From the NCBI GenBank assembly GCA_044892525.1, contig CM097887.1, positions 87,708,397-87,772,396 of the forward strand: a stretch of 64,000 nt of DNA. Direction: 5' to 3'. This DNA comes from Schmidtea polychroa. Taxonomy: Eukaryota. The translations under genes were made by a program, and so were the position numbers. The notes under the pieces are model-generated. The model was given only the letters and a program-made list of their open reading frames with translations, did no database searches and had not been told where the DNA came from. Within the stretch, counting starts at the first letter, position 1; each line of letters opens with the position of its first letter. Positions 33,501 through 42,008 of the stretch are shown here, piece after piece.

Positions 33501-36500
33501 CAAATCTAAATCCGAAATTGCGAATATATCTTTATATTCTATCAATAATTGTTGAAGTCTCTCCTTTTCTTTTTCCGTTAGCAAGGTGCTATCAATTATC
33601 CATAATTCGTCCGCTTTCGTTGTTTCGTTGGTGATTTTTGGTAATTCGATGTCTATCATGGGTGTCAATCTACCCAATCTTTCATTTTCATATATGATCT
33701 TGTCTTCTTCCTCGAAATTTGTGATGTTAATTGGTATTTCCCCGTCTTCATTTATTGTTATTATTTCTCTTGCTAATGGTAATTCTCGTCGTTTTTCGAA
33801 TGATTTGCTTGGCTCAAAAATGACTTCTCCTTCCATTCCTGCATCCACTTTTATTTGACATATCATCTGTGATTTTGCGGGTACAATTATTTTCTCCGGA
33901 CATCTAATTATTGCGTTCATCTTGCATATTCTACCCATTTTGTCTTTTAGACACATTGTTGTTAAATCGATTACTACTTCCTTAAACAATTCCGGCATTA
34001 AATCCGTTCCGATTATACATGGTTCACTCAGTTTGGGTATCACCGCTAGATACGTTTCAATTTCGTTATCCTGATATCGTAACGTAGTCCACCATCTTCC
34101 TACTACGTCTACGGTTTCTTTACTGCATGCAATAATATGGATAGTTGTTTGTTCGATATCTTTCCAACATTTACTGGGTATTTGGTTTATTGCTATTGCT
34201 GATACGTTTGCTCCGGTATCTATCATTGCGCTTGTCTCTTTCCCGTTGATTTGGATCATGACTGTTACTGCCGCACCTCCTGGTGAACTCATCACTGCTA
34301 TCGTTCTTACGTCGTCCGCTTGGTCTACACTTTTCGTTCTTCGGGTCGGCATATAGTTCATCCCTGGTTGACTTGGTAACTGTGGATACATATTTTGTGT
34401 CATGGTCAAAGCTGTTTGTTGTCCAACGATATCTGGTGGTATATAACTTCCGTTGGCTATCCAGGTATTTGTTTTTTCTTTCTCCCAATATGGTGCTGTT
34501 TCTATTGGCTTTTCATTCGGGTTTCTACTTGGATATGGGTATTTGTCATTCCCGTTGTCGTCATCATCACTATCGCTGCTGTTTGATCGATTCCTAAATC
34601 TGTCTAAGAATTTTGGTTTGTTCTTTTTCAGTTGCGTCCTTGTTGCTTCATCATACATTGTTTTCCGAAATCGTCTACCGACTTCCTCGTCAGTTCCTTT
34701 TATTTTTGTCAGTATTTTGATCAATCGTTTTATTCTATGTATGTCTTTAGAATGACCGTGCAACACCATTGTTTTTGCCAAAAATGGTAGAAAGCCTACT
34801 ATCAATTTCCAATTTACCTTCTTTTCTCTCTTATAGATATCAAAACACGCTAACATTTGAGTCAATATTACTCTAACTATCTGGATAATAAGAATGATTC
34901 CCAATATTCCTGCCATCATTTGACCGAACACTAGAAATCTTCCCCACATTGCTTTCATCATGTTTGACGTGGCTTGTTGAAAATGATCAGGTGACAATAA
35001 TAGTTCGTAATTGGGGCCTGACTGGAAATTCGTTCCCCCAGTTATGGTAACCATATTCGATAGAATGGATTCCCGTCTTGCTGGGAATAATACGTTTAAT
35101 CGTGCCGTTTCTAAATCCTCTGGTGAGTACATACCTGCTTTTGACACATCAATTGGTTTGAAATCTTGTTCTGTTGCGAGTTCTATTAGTCCAAACTTTT
35201 TAGGCTCTTGTACTTCGGTTTTTACTGGTAACATTATCCATTTCCCATCGGGTTTTTCATATAACGGTCCGTATGCATTTGAACAGTTAAAGGTGTTCGG
35301 ATAAAATCCAATTGGGTTCATGATTCGAGTGACGGGTTGAACGAATCTGTTTCGCCCTTTGTAACTAATTTCCAACTCGTTTGCGCATTTCCCTGGTGGA
35401 ATTGTGGGCTTTCTTGGCAGTCGCGCAAATGTCTTGGTACATGCATATGTATACATTACCTCTCCCACCATTCTACCAAAATGTCCATCCGGTAACGGGA
35501 GTGATGGCATTGTGTTATCTGGGTGTGTTATTGCGATGGCTAATTTTGTTTTTAGTATCTCTTTATTCAATGAACAGTCATTTTGTATAAGATCGTAATA
35601 CACTTTTTGCATTGTCGTTTGTCCTCGGTGGAACAAGAAGTCCATCTTATTATTGGCATACAGGTACAATTTTACGTCCTCCGTTGCTACCTTTCCCACT
35701 GCTCGGTCTATTACTTGCCTTGACATGTAGATACCTGCGTAGTTCGTCCGGTATACTATACTGTCACATTTGGTGGTCTCTTTTTCTCTAATGAATCTCA
35801 TGCCGATGTCTGGATCATCGGTAATTAATGCCGTTGGTGTTTTTTGGGTTGTGAGTCTCTTTTCTTTGGGGGATGGCGGAACTGGTTTCCCATTTCGCAT
35901 CCTTACGTTTCCATTCTCTTCATCGTCATCCTCGTTTTCGTAAATTTCTCCTTTTACTTCATTGAATAGAGCACTTTTTAACAATTGGAGTCGGCATTTT
36001 TGGGTGTTAGCTTCATATATTATAGTCGAAATCCCCGTTCTACACACGTTTTCCGTAGCTCTGCATGCTGGGTTGGTTTTCATTTGATAGTTGTTTGCGT
36101 CGAATTGTGCTTCGTATTCCTTCAACTCCACTGTGTAGGACTCAATTACTACTACTCCTGATATCACCTCTCCTCTGATCGTATATGTGCCTCCGTTACA
36201 TGATCCATCCGTTGATTTTACTCGTCCGGCTACATAGATACTTTCCGTCTTGATCATTCCGCTTTGTCCGTGTATTGTTACTCCATCCCTGATTCTCATC
36301 GCTCCGGTTCTAAAAAGCTCTTTACAGTCTTCCCGTTGTATAGGTACTATTTCTTTATCTAATCCAGGTAATATGAGGGTTGAATATGAGTATTGTCCAC
36401 AGTAATATGCCAACACTTTCTTCGATACTACGCATTCTCTAGCTTGCGTTCTAATGAAATCTGATTCTTGGTATACGTGATAGGAGACTTTCTTCTTTAC

Positions 36501-39500
36501 TATATCTAATTTATTCGGAGATGCCTGTCTACATTCCTCTATATCTCTCAGGGAGTATCTTTCTCCTATTATCGAATTGTCACAGTCGTAAATTGTAAAT
36601 CCAGCTGCTCCACTGGTGCAGAGCATCCATATCATCATGGTCATCATTAGTGAATTAATCGACGCTTTTCTGCTGGCTGGGTCTTTCAATGGCAATTCCC
36701 ATTCCAGCTCGTTTAGTAATTTCTTCAACCGAATTTGCATTGATCTCTCTTGCTCGTTTTTTCGTGGCGCTTGTATGAGTCTTTTCCACCCACCGGCGCG
36801 GATAATATGTGGTTCGATTGTATTTTCGATGATTGTAACGGTCATTTCTACATGATTTGCGAATTGTTTGTTAGGTATTTTCCTTGCTGCTAATCCCATC
36901 AAATTGTACATTAGATACGTTAATACTACTAAATGATGTTCGTCGTCGTTTGCGTTTAAAGTTAATTGTTCAATTACTCTTCTTGTCTCTTCCCAATCGG
37001 TTTTAGTGGTTTTTGTCTTCTCTTTGATTAATTTCGGAATTATTCCGGATATTGTATTCCATAGTTGTCTGGCGTCTACGCTTGCTACTTTTCGTTGCCA
37101 TAACCGTCGCAATTGTGGGTTCGTTATTATTAGCATATCTTTTACTAGCTCTCGTATCCATTTTTCGCCTCTTTCGATAGTTGGCTGGGCCTCTTTTAGA
37201 TCCCACACTATTTTATCCAGTTTCTCTAATCTGACTTGTCCTTGTTCTTGTTTCAGTTGTTCTCTAGTTTTAAATTCCGGTTTTTCTCCTTGCTTCTTGG
37301 GTCTCCCTTTTGCCCGTTTTTCCATCATTGTTCCGGCTTCCCTTGTATTTTCATAATTCGGGTTTCTCTCGTTATCCGTTCTTGGCAATGAGCTATCGTT
37401 GTTTCTCAGCCATTCGTTCCATTCGTCTATTATTTTGTCCGTTTGACCTTCTGGTGTTGCTTTCGTTGGTCCTTTCTGTCGTTGGAATTGTTCGTCGGTT
37501 TCGGTTTCTGTTGTATTATCGATAATCTCCTCGATACTCAGCTTATTTGGCTGCTGATAGCTAGTTGACGGTTGGCTTGTTGTCCATATTTCGGCTCCTG
37601 TCGGCCATCTTACCAGAATTGGTGATCTTTCTCCAGCTCCTTCATCGCTGTCTTCCAATATAATTTCCTCGATTTCCTCGGTTTCATTCGTTTTACTTGC
37701 CACTTTGTTAGGGCTTGGTGTACTCAAGCTACCTTTCGTAGGTTTACTGGATTTGCTCTTCCTTTTAATCGGTTTTCCCAATGTTTCTGCCATTGTCAAT
37801 ACATTGATCTCCCCCAATCTCATGGGTGTTATTCCGACATCTGCATTATCATCCAACGATTTTCCGAATAGTTGTAGGTGAAATGGAGTTTCGTATGCTA
37901 ATTTCTTTTTTAACTCTCTGATCTTTGTTGTTGGATGTACTTCTGTATCCTCAATGCTTTTGTCGGGATACTTGACTCGGATACGATACCTTTCCTGGGT
38001 ATCTTGTGCCCATTCTTGGTTTCTCCATTTCCTAATAATTTGTTCTAGCTGTTCTGGGTACCATTCGTTATATTGTCTGTATTCCTCAATCGCTTTCGCC
38101 ATTTCTCTTAGATTGTGGATATTCTCTGATGTCTTTAGGATGATGTTAGCCAATGCTATTACTTGACGTTTTTGATTTTTTGTTCCCGTTGCTAAGATAT
38201 CACCTAATTGTTTATATCTTTCCTTCTCTTCTCGTTCTCGAGCTTCCATCGCTTCTTCGCTGTCCATATCGGCATATTCGCGTTCTTTCTTTCTCATCGC
38301 ATGAATATGTCTGGTTTCCGTTTCACTTTCTGATGTAACATCCGTTTCGCTTTCGTCGTCCGATGTCGATTCTATTTCGTCCTCTTCGTATTTTGGAGGT
38401 TCATCTTCCTCTTCTTCTGATTCGCTTTCTATCTCACCAATGTCTGTTTCCACGAAAATCCCTTTCCTGATTTCCCATTCTTTGTTTTCCGCATTCCACG
38501 TCCTTTCCCATGGGGTTCGTCTGCAGGATCTAACACTTAGTTTCTTTATTTTTCCTTGAAGCTCTTTTTCTTTTAGCCACTGTTGATGAATTTCAATTAT
38601 CTCTACTGATTTTTGATATAGCGTTTTCATCCTGTCTCGTATTTCTTTCTGGTATGTTATATCTCTTGTTCGGAATTCGTCCATGGGCAATATTCTGATG
38701 ATTTGATGATTATCCCACATTCCCATTTCGCTTAGCGAGGTGTCGTCTTCGGCCCGTAATATTATTTTATCGTACATCATGACTACGTCATCTATCATCC
38801 CGTCGCTACTCTCGCTTCGTACTTTTTCCGTTATCTCTTGGTTTATCTTGGTTACTAAGTCATCCACCGTACTCTGATTACTCATCTTTATTCGTCGTTT
38901 CTCCTCGTTTGGTAACCATATGGTTATTTCTAATTTCTGCGGTTGCGTTTCTTTCAACCTTCCATATTTGTGGATCAAATTTATGGTTCTCCAATCGCTC
39001 ATCCTGAGCAATTCTGTATCTCGTAATCGGCTCATTAGTTCATGCATGTCTGGAGTTCGTCTTGCTATGAGTAAATCCCAGTTATCTTCGACTTGTTCTT
39101 GAATTTGTTTGATTAATTTATCTAGATTTCGTCGCAAGGTGCATTGTTTTATTTGTTCCAGCTTCAGCTTGATGTTAAAATCATACTCGGCCTTGGCGTC
39201 TTTAGCCCATTCGTGAATATTTGCTGGTTGCTTCTCTTTATACAATTTCAATATTTGAGTTTCTCCTGGCCAGATCAATGCATCTATTAGGTGCATGTCT
39301 GGCTTAATTTGTTCTCCTTGATATTGATATAAATACTCTTTCTTTCTCGAGCTGCCCAAATGTTCTCTTATCCAATCAAAAAGCTCGTCTGTGACTGCAT
39401 TTTTTATCCATATTCTCTCGAGTCCTTTACTCGTTCCGATTTTTATTACATAGCGTGTTGTCTCCGCTTGTTTCATTTTTTCCATATACTTCTTTATTAT

Positions 39501-42008
39501 CGCTTTTTCCTCGTTTGGTATTAGATCTTTTTCGTTTCTTTCTAGTTTCATTATCTTTTGTAAGAAGCGTTTATATGGTATAAGGTCGATGAACTCCTGG
39601 TTTCTTACTACCACTGGAAGTATTTCCTTTACTTGTTTTATCGCTTCTTCTCTTTCTTTTCTCAATTTCATTTCGATATTCTCGTCTTCGCTTTCGCTTG
39701 TCACGTCGCTTTCTCTTTCATCCTCATCTGCTCCGATCTTTTCTCTTAGTTGGTCGATATTTTCATTTAACTGTAACATTTCTCCACCAAGGCTACTCAC
39801 ATAATCCTCATCGTCATCTGTTGACAACACCTTCTTTGTTGTCCTCATCATATTAATTCGTAAATTTTTCATTCTTGGTACTTTCTTTAACTTTTTGTTC
39901 TCGCGTATCGTTAGCTCCTCTGAGTCTAATTCTCGTATCATATTATGCTTTAGATGATTAATCTGTTTTCCATTTTCGTTATTTTCTGCTTCTGCTTCTG
40001 TTTTTGTTTGCTCATTTTCTCTTTCGATTTTATCTTTTATCTTTTTCCAAAATATTTTCTGAATTCTCTGATTTCCTTTTAGCGGTGTTGTTGAATTTTC
40101 CTTTTTTGCTGCTGGAATTGTTTCTTTCGGTTTCTCTGGTTCGCTCATAGGTACAACTCTTGGATTTTTACCGTAATTGTAACAATATTGCTCCTTTATC
40201 TCCTTTACCATCCTCATCATATTTATTCGTAGTGGTTGTTCTTGTCGCTGCTGAATTCGCTCTCTTTTTATCCTTTCTTCTTCAGCTTGTAGTCTTTGCC
40301 ATTCTTGTGCATGTTGTTGCACTTCATAATTGTTAAGATTCTCGGTGCTTCTCATCATGCGTATATTCTGGGTTTGTTGTGGTACTTGCTCTTGTCTCGG
40401 TCTCATCATTTGTTGCATCATCTGCTTCATTTGTGAAATTTCTTGCATCACATTCATTTGCTTTCCCTCACTAGGATTACTTTGTCGTTGCGGATTTGGT
40501 GCATAGTTATTATTTCGCTGTGGTGGTCGTTGCTGTTGGCTCCTTTCTCGACAGTCTCTTGAGATATGACCTGGTTGCCCGCAGTTAAAACATCCTCTCG
40601 ATTGGCATATATTTTCCGTGTGTCCTCGTCGTCCACACCTATTGCAATTTGCGTTTCGGTAACAATCTCTATCCCAATGTCCTGGTTTACCGCATGTTCG
40701 GCATTGTTTGTTATCGTTCATATTTCGTCGATTATTAAAGTTGTTCCCATTGTTCGAGTTGTTGCGTTCACTGTTATTCCCGTTTGATCGTCCTTGTGGT
40801 GGTTTGAAAATTTGATGCGCACCTGGTATAAACTGATTCATCTTTGGTTCATGATTATTGTTATCTCCATTTTCCGTTTTCACCGCTGCTGTTGCGATTC
40901 TTCCTTCCTCTTGCATGACATTCATTTGTGCCGGGAGGTGTAGTTCGCATCTTGTGGCCCAATCTATAGCTTCCTCTAGTGTTTTACACATTTGACATCC
41001 CACCGAGGCCCTTACCTCTTCTCGGCGTAGTCCTTCTATGAAGTACCCAATTAAGTTTTCCTCCGGCAAGTTTCCGTTCATGGCCTTCTTTGCCAATCTT
41101 CGCAATTCACTTGCGTATAACGTAATTGACTCGTTTGCTCTTTGTTTTCTACTTGCCAGTTCACCTAACGCTTGATTTATCGGTTTGCTGGCTCCGAATG
41201 TTTTTCTCAAAAATGTTTTGATGTTTTCCCAATTGTCTAATTTCGTATTTCTTTCTTTTGCTTCCAGATACACTTCGAGTGCGCTATCGCACAAAAACAG
41301 AGGCATTCGTTTACTAATTGCTTCGGATGTCCATCCACACACATCGATATAGACTTCAAAATTGGTTATGAACGTTGCCAACTTGTTCGCATTCCCGTTG
41401 AACGGTTCGCCTCTAAATTTTTCTTTATATTCGTCGGTTTTTGCTACATTCATCTTGATTGGTTCTTGAAATGCTAAAATTTCTTTTAAATTTTCTAATG
41501 ATGTAGCTAAATTATGGACGGATAATTCTTCTGTTGACCCGGTTAGGTTGTTTGTTATATCGGATAGACTTTCTCTACTTCTAGATCGACTGGGCGTATG
41601 TCCGGCTGTGGGGTTTTCTTGATCGTATATCGGTGTTTTGTGGGGTCTTTTTGCTCCTTGTGATATTCCTCTCTGCTGCCTAAATGATCGTCCTCTTTTG
41701 AGTTGATCTAATTCGTCTCCTGAAAATAATACGTCTCCTGGCTTACTTGAAGATCTAAGGTTGGGTTTATCCGTGATTTTCCTTTTACTCTTTTCTGTCT
41801 TTTCACGTGGATTTTCTACGGTTAGCGTCTGCTGAATTGGTCGAGTTCGGTTTTGATATTGTCTTCCTTTGTGCGGGTTCTGAATTGCTTTTCCTGGGTT
41901 GTTTGTATATTCTCTGGATTCCTCTTGAGCTGGTTCTGAATTGACTTGGTTGGATTGATGTCTACAATGAAAATATGATATCGTGTTGCCTTTGCTTACA
42001 CGAATCAA
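27573..42008 (-). CDS. Single 4,811-codon polyprotein: Gag - UBL x3 - Bcl-2-like - Env glycoprotein - PR - RT - RH - IN - ANK x2 - second membrane protein
   Basis: Uninterrupted frame carrying all the motifs listed below. The annotated start is TTG and the first ATG is codon 186 (41453), so the true start is uncertain. Confidence 0.95.
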   Translation of the reverse strand: MIRVSKGNTISYFHCRHQSNQVNSEPAQEESREYTNNPGKAIQNPHKGRQYQNRTRPIQQTLTVENPREKTEKSKRKITDKPNLRSSSKPGDVLFSGDELDQLKRGRSFRQQRGISQGAKRPHKTPIYDQENPTAGHTPSRSRSRESLSDITNNLTGSTEELSVHNLATSLENLKEILAFQEPIKMNVAKTDEYKEKFRGEPFNGNANKLATFITNFEVYIDVCGWTSEAISKRMPLFLCDSALEVYLEAKERNTKLDNWENIKTFLRKTFGASKPINQALGELASRKQRANESITLYASELRRLAKKAMNGNLPEENLIGYFIEGLRREEVRASVGCQMCKTLEEAIDWATRCELHLPAQMNVMQEEGRIATAAVKTENGDNNNHEPKMNQFIPGAHQIFKPPQGRSNGNNSERNNSNNGNNFNNRRNMNDNKQCRTCGKPGHWDRDCYRNANCNRCGRRGHTENICQSRGCFNCGQPGHISRDCRERSQQQRPPQRNNNYAPNPQRQSNPSEGKQMNVMQEISQMKQMMQQMMRPRQEQVPQQTQNIRMMRSTENLNNYEVQQHAQEWQRLQAEEERIKRERIQQRQEQPLRINMMRMVKEIKEQYCYNYGKNPRVVPMSEPEKPKETIPAAKKENSTTPLKGNQRIQKIFWKKIKDKIERENEQTKTEAEAENNENGKQINHLKHNMIRELDSEELTIRENKKLKKVPRMKNLRINMMRTTKKVLSTDDDEDYVSSLGGEMLQLNENIDQLREKIGADEDERESDVTSESEDENIEMKLRKEREEAIKQVKEILPVVVRNQEFIDLIPYKRFLQKIMKLERNEKDLIPNEEKAIIKKYMEKMKQAETTRYVIKIGTSKGLERIWIKNAVTDELFDWIREHLGSSRKKEYLYQYQGEQIKPDMHLIDALIWPGETQILKLYKEKQPANIHEWAKDAKAEYDFNIKLKLEQIKQCTLRRNLDKLIKQIQEQVEDNWDLLIARRTPDMHELMSRLRDTELLRMSDWRTINLIHKYGRLKETQPQKLEITIWLPNEEKRRIKMSNQSTVDDLVTKINQEITEKVRSESSDGMIDDVVMMYDKIILRAEDDTSLSEMGMWDNHQIIRILPMDEFRTRDITYQKEIRDRMKTLYQKSVEIIEIHQQWLKEKELQGKIKKLSVRSCRRTPWERTWNAENKEWEIRKGIFVETDIGEIESESEEEEDEPPKYEEDEIESTSDDESETDVTSESETETRHIHAMRKKEREYADMDSEEAMEAREREEKERYKQLGDILATGTKNQKRQVIALANIILKTSENIHNLREMAKAIEEYRQYNEWYPEQLEQIIRKWRNQEWAQDTQERYRIRVKYPDKSIEDTEVHPTTKIRELKKKLAYETPFHLQLFGKSLDDNADVGITPMRLGEINVLTMAETLGKPIKRKSKSSKPTKGSLSTPSPNKVASKTNETEEIEEIILEDSDEGAGERSPILVRWPTGAEIWTTSQPSTSYQQPNKLSIEEIIDNTTETETDEQFQRQKGPTKATPEGQTDKIIDEWNEWLRNNDSSLPRTDNERNPNYENTREAGTMMEKRAKGRPKKQGEKPEFKTREQLKQEQGQVRLEKLDKIVWDLKEAQPTIERGEKWIRELVKDMLIITNPQLRRLWQRKVASVDARQLWNTISGIIPKLIKEKTKTTKTDWEETRRVIEQLTLNANDDEHHLVVLTYLMYNLMGLAARKIPNKQFANHVEMTVTIIENTIEPHIIRAGGWKRLIQAPRKNEQERSMQIRLKKLLNELEWELPLKDPASRKASINSLMMTMMIWMLCTSGAAGFTIYDCDNSIIGERYSLRDIEECRQASPNKLDIVKKKVSYHVYQESDFIRTQARECVVSKKVLAYYCGQYSYSTLILPGLDKEIVPIQREDCKELFRTGAMRIRDGVTIHGQSGMIKTESIYVAGRVKSTDGSCNGGTYTIRGEVISGVVVIESYTVELKEYEAQFDANNYQMKTNPACRATENVCRTGISTIIYEANTQKCRLQLLKSALFNEVKGEIYENEDDDEENGNVRMRNGKPVPPSPKEKRLTTQKTPTALITDDPDIGMRFIREKETTKCDSIVYRTNYAGIYMSRQVIDRAVGKVATEDVKLYLYANNKMDFLFHRGQTTMQKVYYDLIQNDCSLNKEILKTKLAIAITHPDNTMPSLPLPDGHFGRMVGEVMYTYACTKTFARLPRKPTIPPGKCANELEISYKGRNRFVQPVTRIMNPIGFYPNTFNCSNAYGPLYEKPDGKWIMLPVKTEVQEPKKFGLIELATEQDFKPIDVSKAGMYSPEDLETARLNVLFPARRESILSNMVTITGGTNFQSGPNYELLLSPDHFQQATSNMMKAMWGRFLVFGQMMAGILGIILIIQIVRVILTQMLACFDIYKREKKVNWKLIVGFLPFLAKTMVLHGHSKDIHRIKRLIKILTKIKGTDEEVGRRFRKTMYDEATRTQLKKNKPKFLDRFRNRSNSSDSDDDDNGNDKYPYPSRNPNEKPIETAPYWEKEKTNTWIANGSYIPPDIVGQQTALTMTQNMYPQLPSQPGMNYMPTRRTKSVDQADDVRTIAVMSSPGGAAVTVMIQINGKETSAMIDTGANVSAIAINQIPSKCWKDIEQTTIHIIACSKETVDVVGRWWTTLRYQDNEIETYLAVIPKLSEPCIIGTDLMPELFKEVVIDLTTMCLKDKMGRICKMNAIIRCPEKIIVPAKSQMICQIKVDAGMEGEVIFEPSKSFEKRRELPLAREIITINEDGEIPINITNFEEEDKIIYENERLGRLTPMIDIELPKITNETTKADELWIIDSTLLTEKEKERLQQLLIEYKDIFAISDLDLGACDVTLHAIPLIDETPIALRPYKLAEKQKEIAEAEVQKMLDAQVIEPSCSPWQFPVVMVKKKDGTQRFCIDYRKLNAVTKRDTYPLPDINEMLLMLQGAAYFTSLDLKSGYWQIKVKEEDKEKTAFTLGRDLYQFRKMPFGLTNAPASFQRCMNFVTHGIKQCMVYIDDLLIYSATFEQHLEDIRNVFVRLRQWKLKLKPSKCDWAKEKVTFLGHIVSAKGKEPDPRNIEKIKTCPAPKTVTQVQEFLGLCGYYRKFIKNYAGIAKPIQELVKKDISFIWGAEQQKAFETLRDKLIEAPILVHPDFKKPFLLATDASGYAAGAILGQLDEEGKERVIGYYSRTFKKHEKNYSVTEREALAIIQAIKHFRYLLWGHEICITTDHQPLVWLGQHKEASSRLMRWAMQLQEYSPFIKFKAGRANANADCMSRFIFPDLVDHEMQRICLMVAEDLDFCQLRKDQQEDTELKQIIEYVKTGKAEVYEKDQKLKEHMDKHRHRYIIEKDWLLIMDGEKRLMCIPENRRKDLLTQYHDGRLGGHMSSKKTLARMKQKYFWPTLTEDVTEWVKNCITCATRKNTGTKWKAPLKPMPVPAEPMTMISMDVVGPLPESDRGNIYILVITDYLTKFPEAFAMADQKARTIAKILVEEICCRYGTPKQILTDQGTNFMSEIMSEVTNYFKIAKLRTSPYHPQTNGMTERFNGTLIQMLSNYVDRHQRDWDEYIKLCLMAYRMSIHASTKMSPFKLMYGRECNMPMDLEYQPPISQYMEIDDYVTKFKERMQEIWETAGLNIKFYQESYKELHDRKKNVKQHTFQTGDWVMIETPELIPGTTKKLQRNGKGPYEILFVGETNVRVRLVNNPFTRPIYVNVARCKPIPKTATSQPEGRTLTTRSQTYRINMLQQINEPTGNRLGLQPSEAEKIIKEVKVKMPGWAEDRLDFEILGGLLTMIENYANRERTHPLLRVVKSQWPILFTITDHYGDTPLHKLLKVGSNEQILETIEAFRDCNISTDQENNQGYTPLMIAANRDKAKDIIIALLETGSKITTQDHNQKNALHHAIEGKSTEAFIILVDLLSYEDNREIGNMYDGLLTAIKEKLITITGILIAWRNPIKNDYMVDINETFTKGENTLMREAMRGHHLFEIPNQLLQRGIKFSNHKDEQLIRKRIINFEKAISQFTDKVQVKFWETVSVLYMMENMNNIRETYLSIIQVLTAEERISNSNKKKIKRKKVKARESEEQVDQPITDIATTSKPKTINSDQEIVVRKAKEVFFEEMQDLSDEAILAKITKTVHTYARDQTTNLDIGKIKTFIPLAFTLPTKDSRTPLQQAILAAKENRAITIIRILRDFGEESNAKNEQGETAMMYAAITNIHPKTLHILHRSGSRLDEISNEGNSAMDWATIQPNLEMIRFICKNATRTEVENICKNTSQFQWNTIRMNLEAMKLLLTWRIPQSNKYAININEFYENGENAMVKNTLTKGGTPKIIMIVLNREDLKFTQNLNEQKRIGKHRRIQLRELVKEWNRKRHVATGRKEFELEAKLARNRVLTAYRRLLNDINVEDDILNDSGGDKDDKDDKDDDNNEKGRNGNKEKEKSEENNQENNDASRKKEENNPRNRMKQEEKTNSGKQRVCLLFTNKEMETNMMIMILVLTMVEMITAQGGMRTIKEAKETENKDNKEEELKQEKKKQVQEQQWDLKEEWDLKERCILGRCMSRAYQRLVLKNEDAEPITEVRIQEAYRNREGKRITKVKGKEVHLGKGGEVVITQLQPRKEHKVCIARLRPGEDCLQYVIQQQPPKEYTICIWRKDTARECRRYPGKRGKKRKIDDEKDEQGKRKKNSEKHQDNYVSEEEMEKIQKMAKEGMNEEIARIRGMMKGNGKDGNLKSTEAISTITSKEKAEIISIKQMMWISGIIITGAFLIITGGTIKIIKDRRHHGELEMARIRNFQHRVKRPCNIKQEQWVEAWNAQRPPSSRI
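30940..34300 (-). other. pol: Pol core of element B: protease, RT, RNase H, integrase
   Basis: DTG at 34212-34220, YIDD at 32991-33002, LATDAS, HHCC, D-D-E, GPY; Ty3/Gypsy domain order. Confidence 0.97.
34760..36660 (-). other. Envelope glycoprotein domain resembling chuvirus-type (class III) fusion proteins
   Basis: Signal peptide then GFTIYDC..YSL.D..EC, C..KKVLAYYCG, DC..LFRTG, DGSCNGGTY, Cys-rich ectodomain, and C-terminal MWGRFLVFG..AGILGIILII TM. Family recognised from memory, not by search. Confidence 0.75.
40551..41420 (-). other. Gag domain: retrotransposon capsid region and three CCHC zinc knuckles (40551-40703)
   Basis: FNGNANKLATFITNFE..YASELRRLA..FIEGL; CRTCGKPGHWDRDC, CNRCGRRGHTENIC, CFNCGQPGHISRDC. 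Confidence 0.93.
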
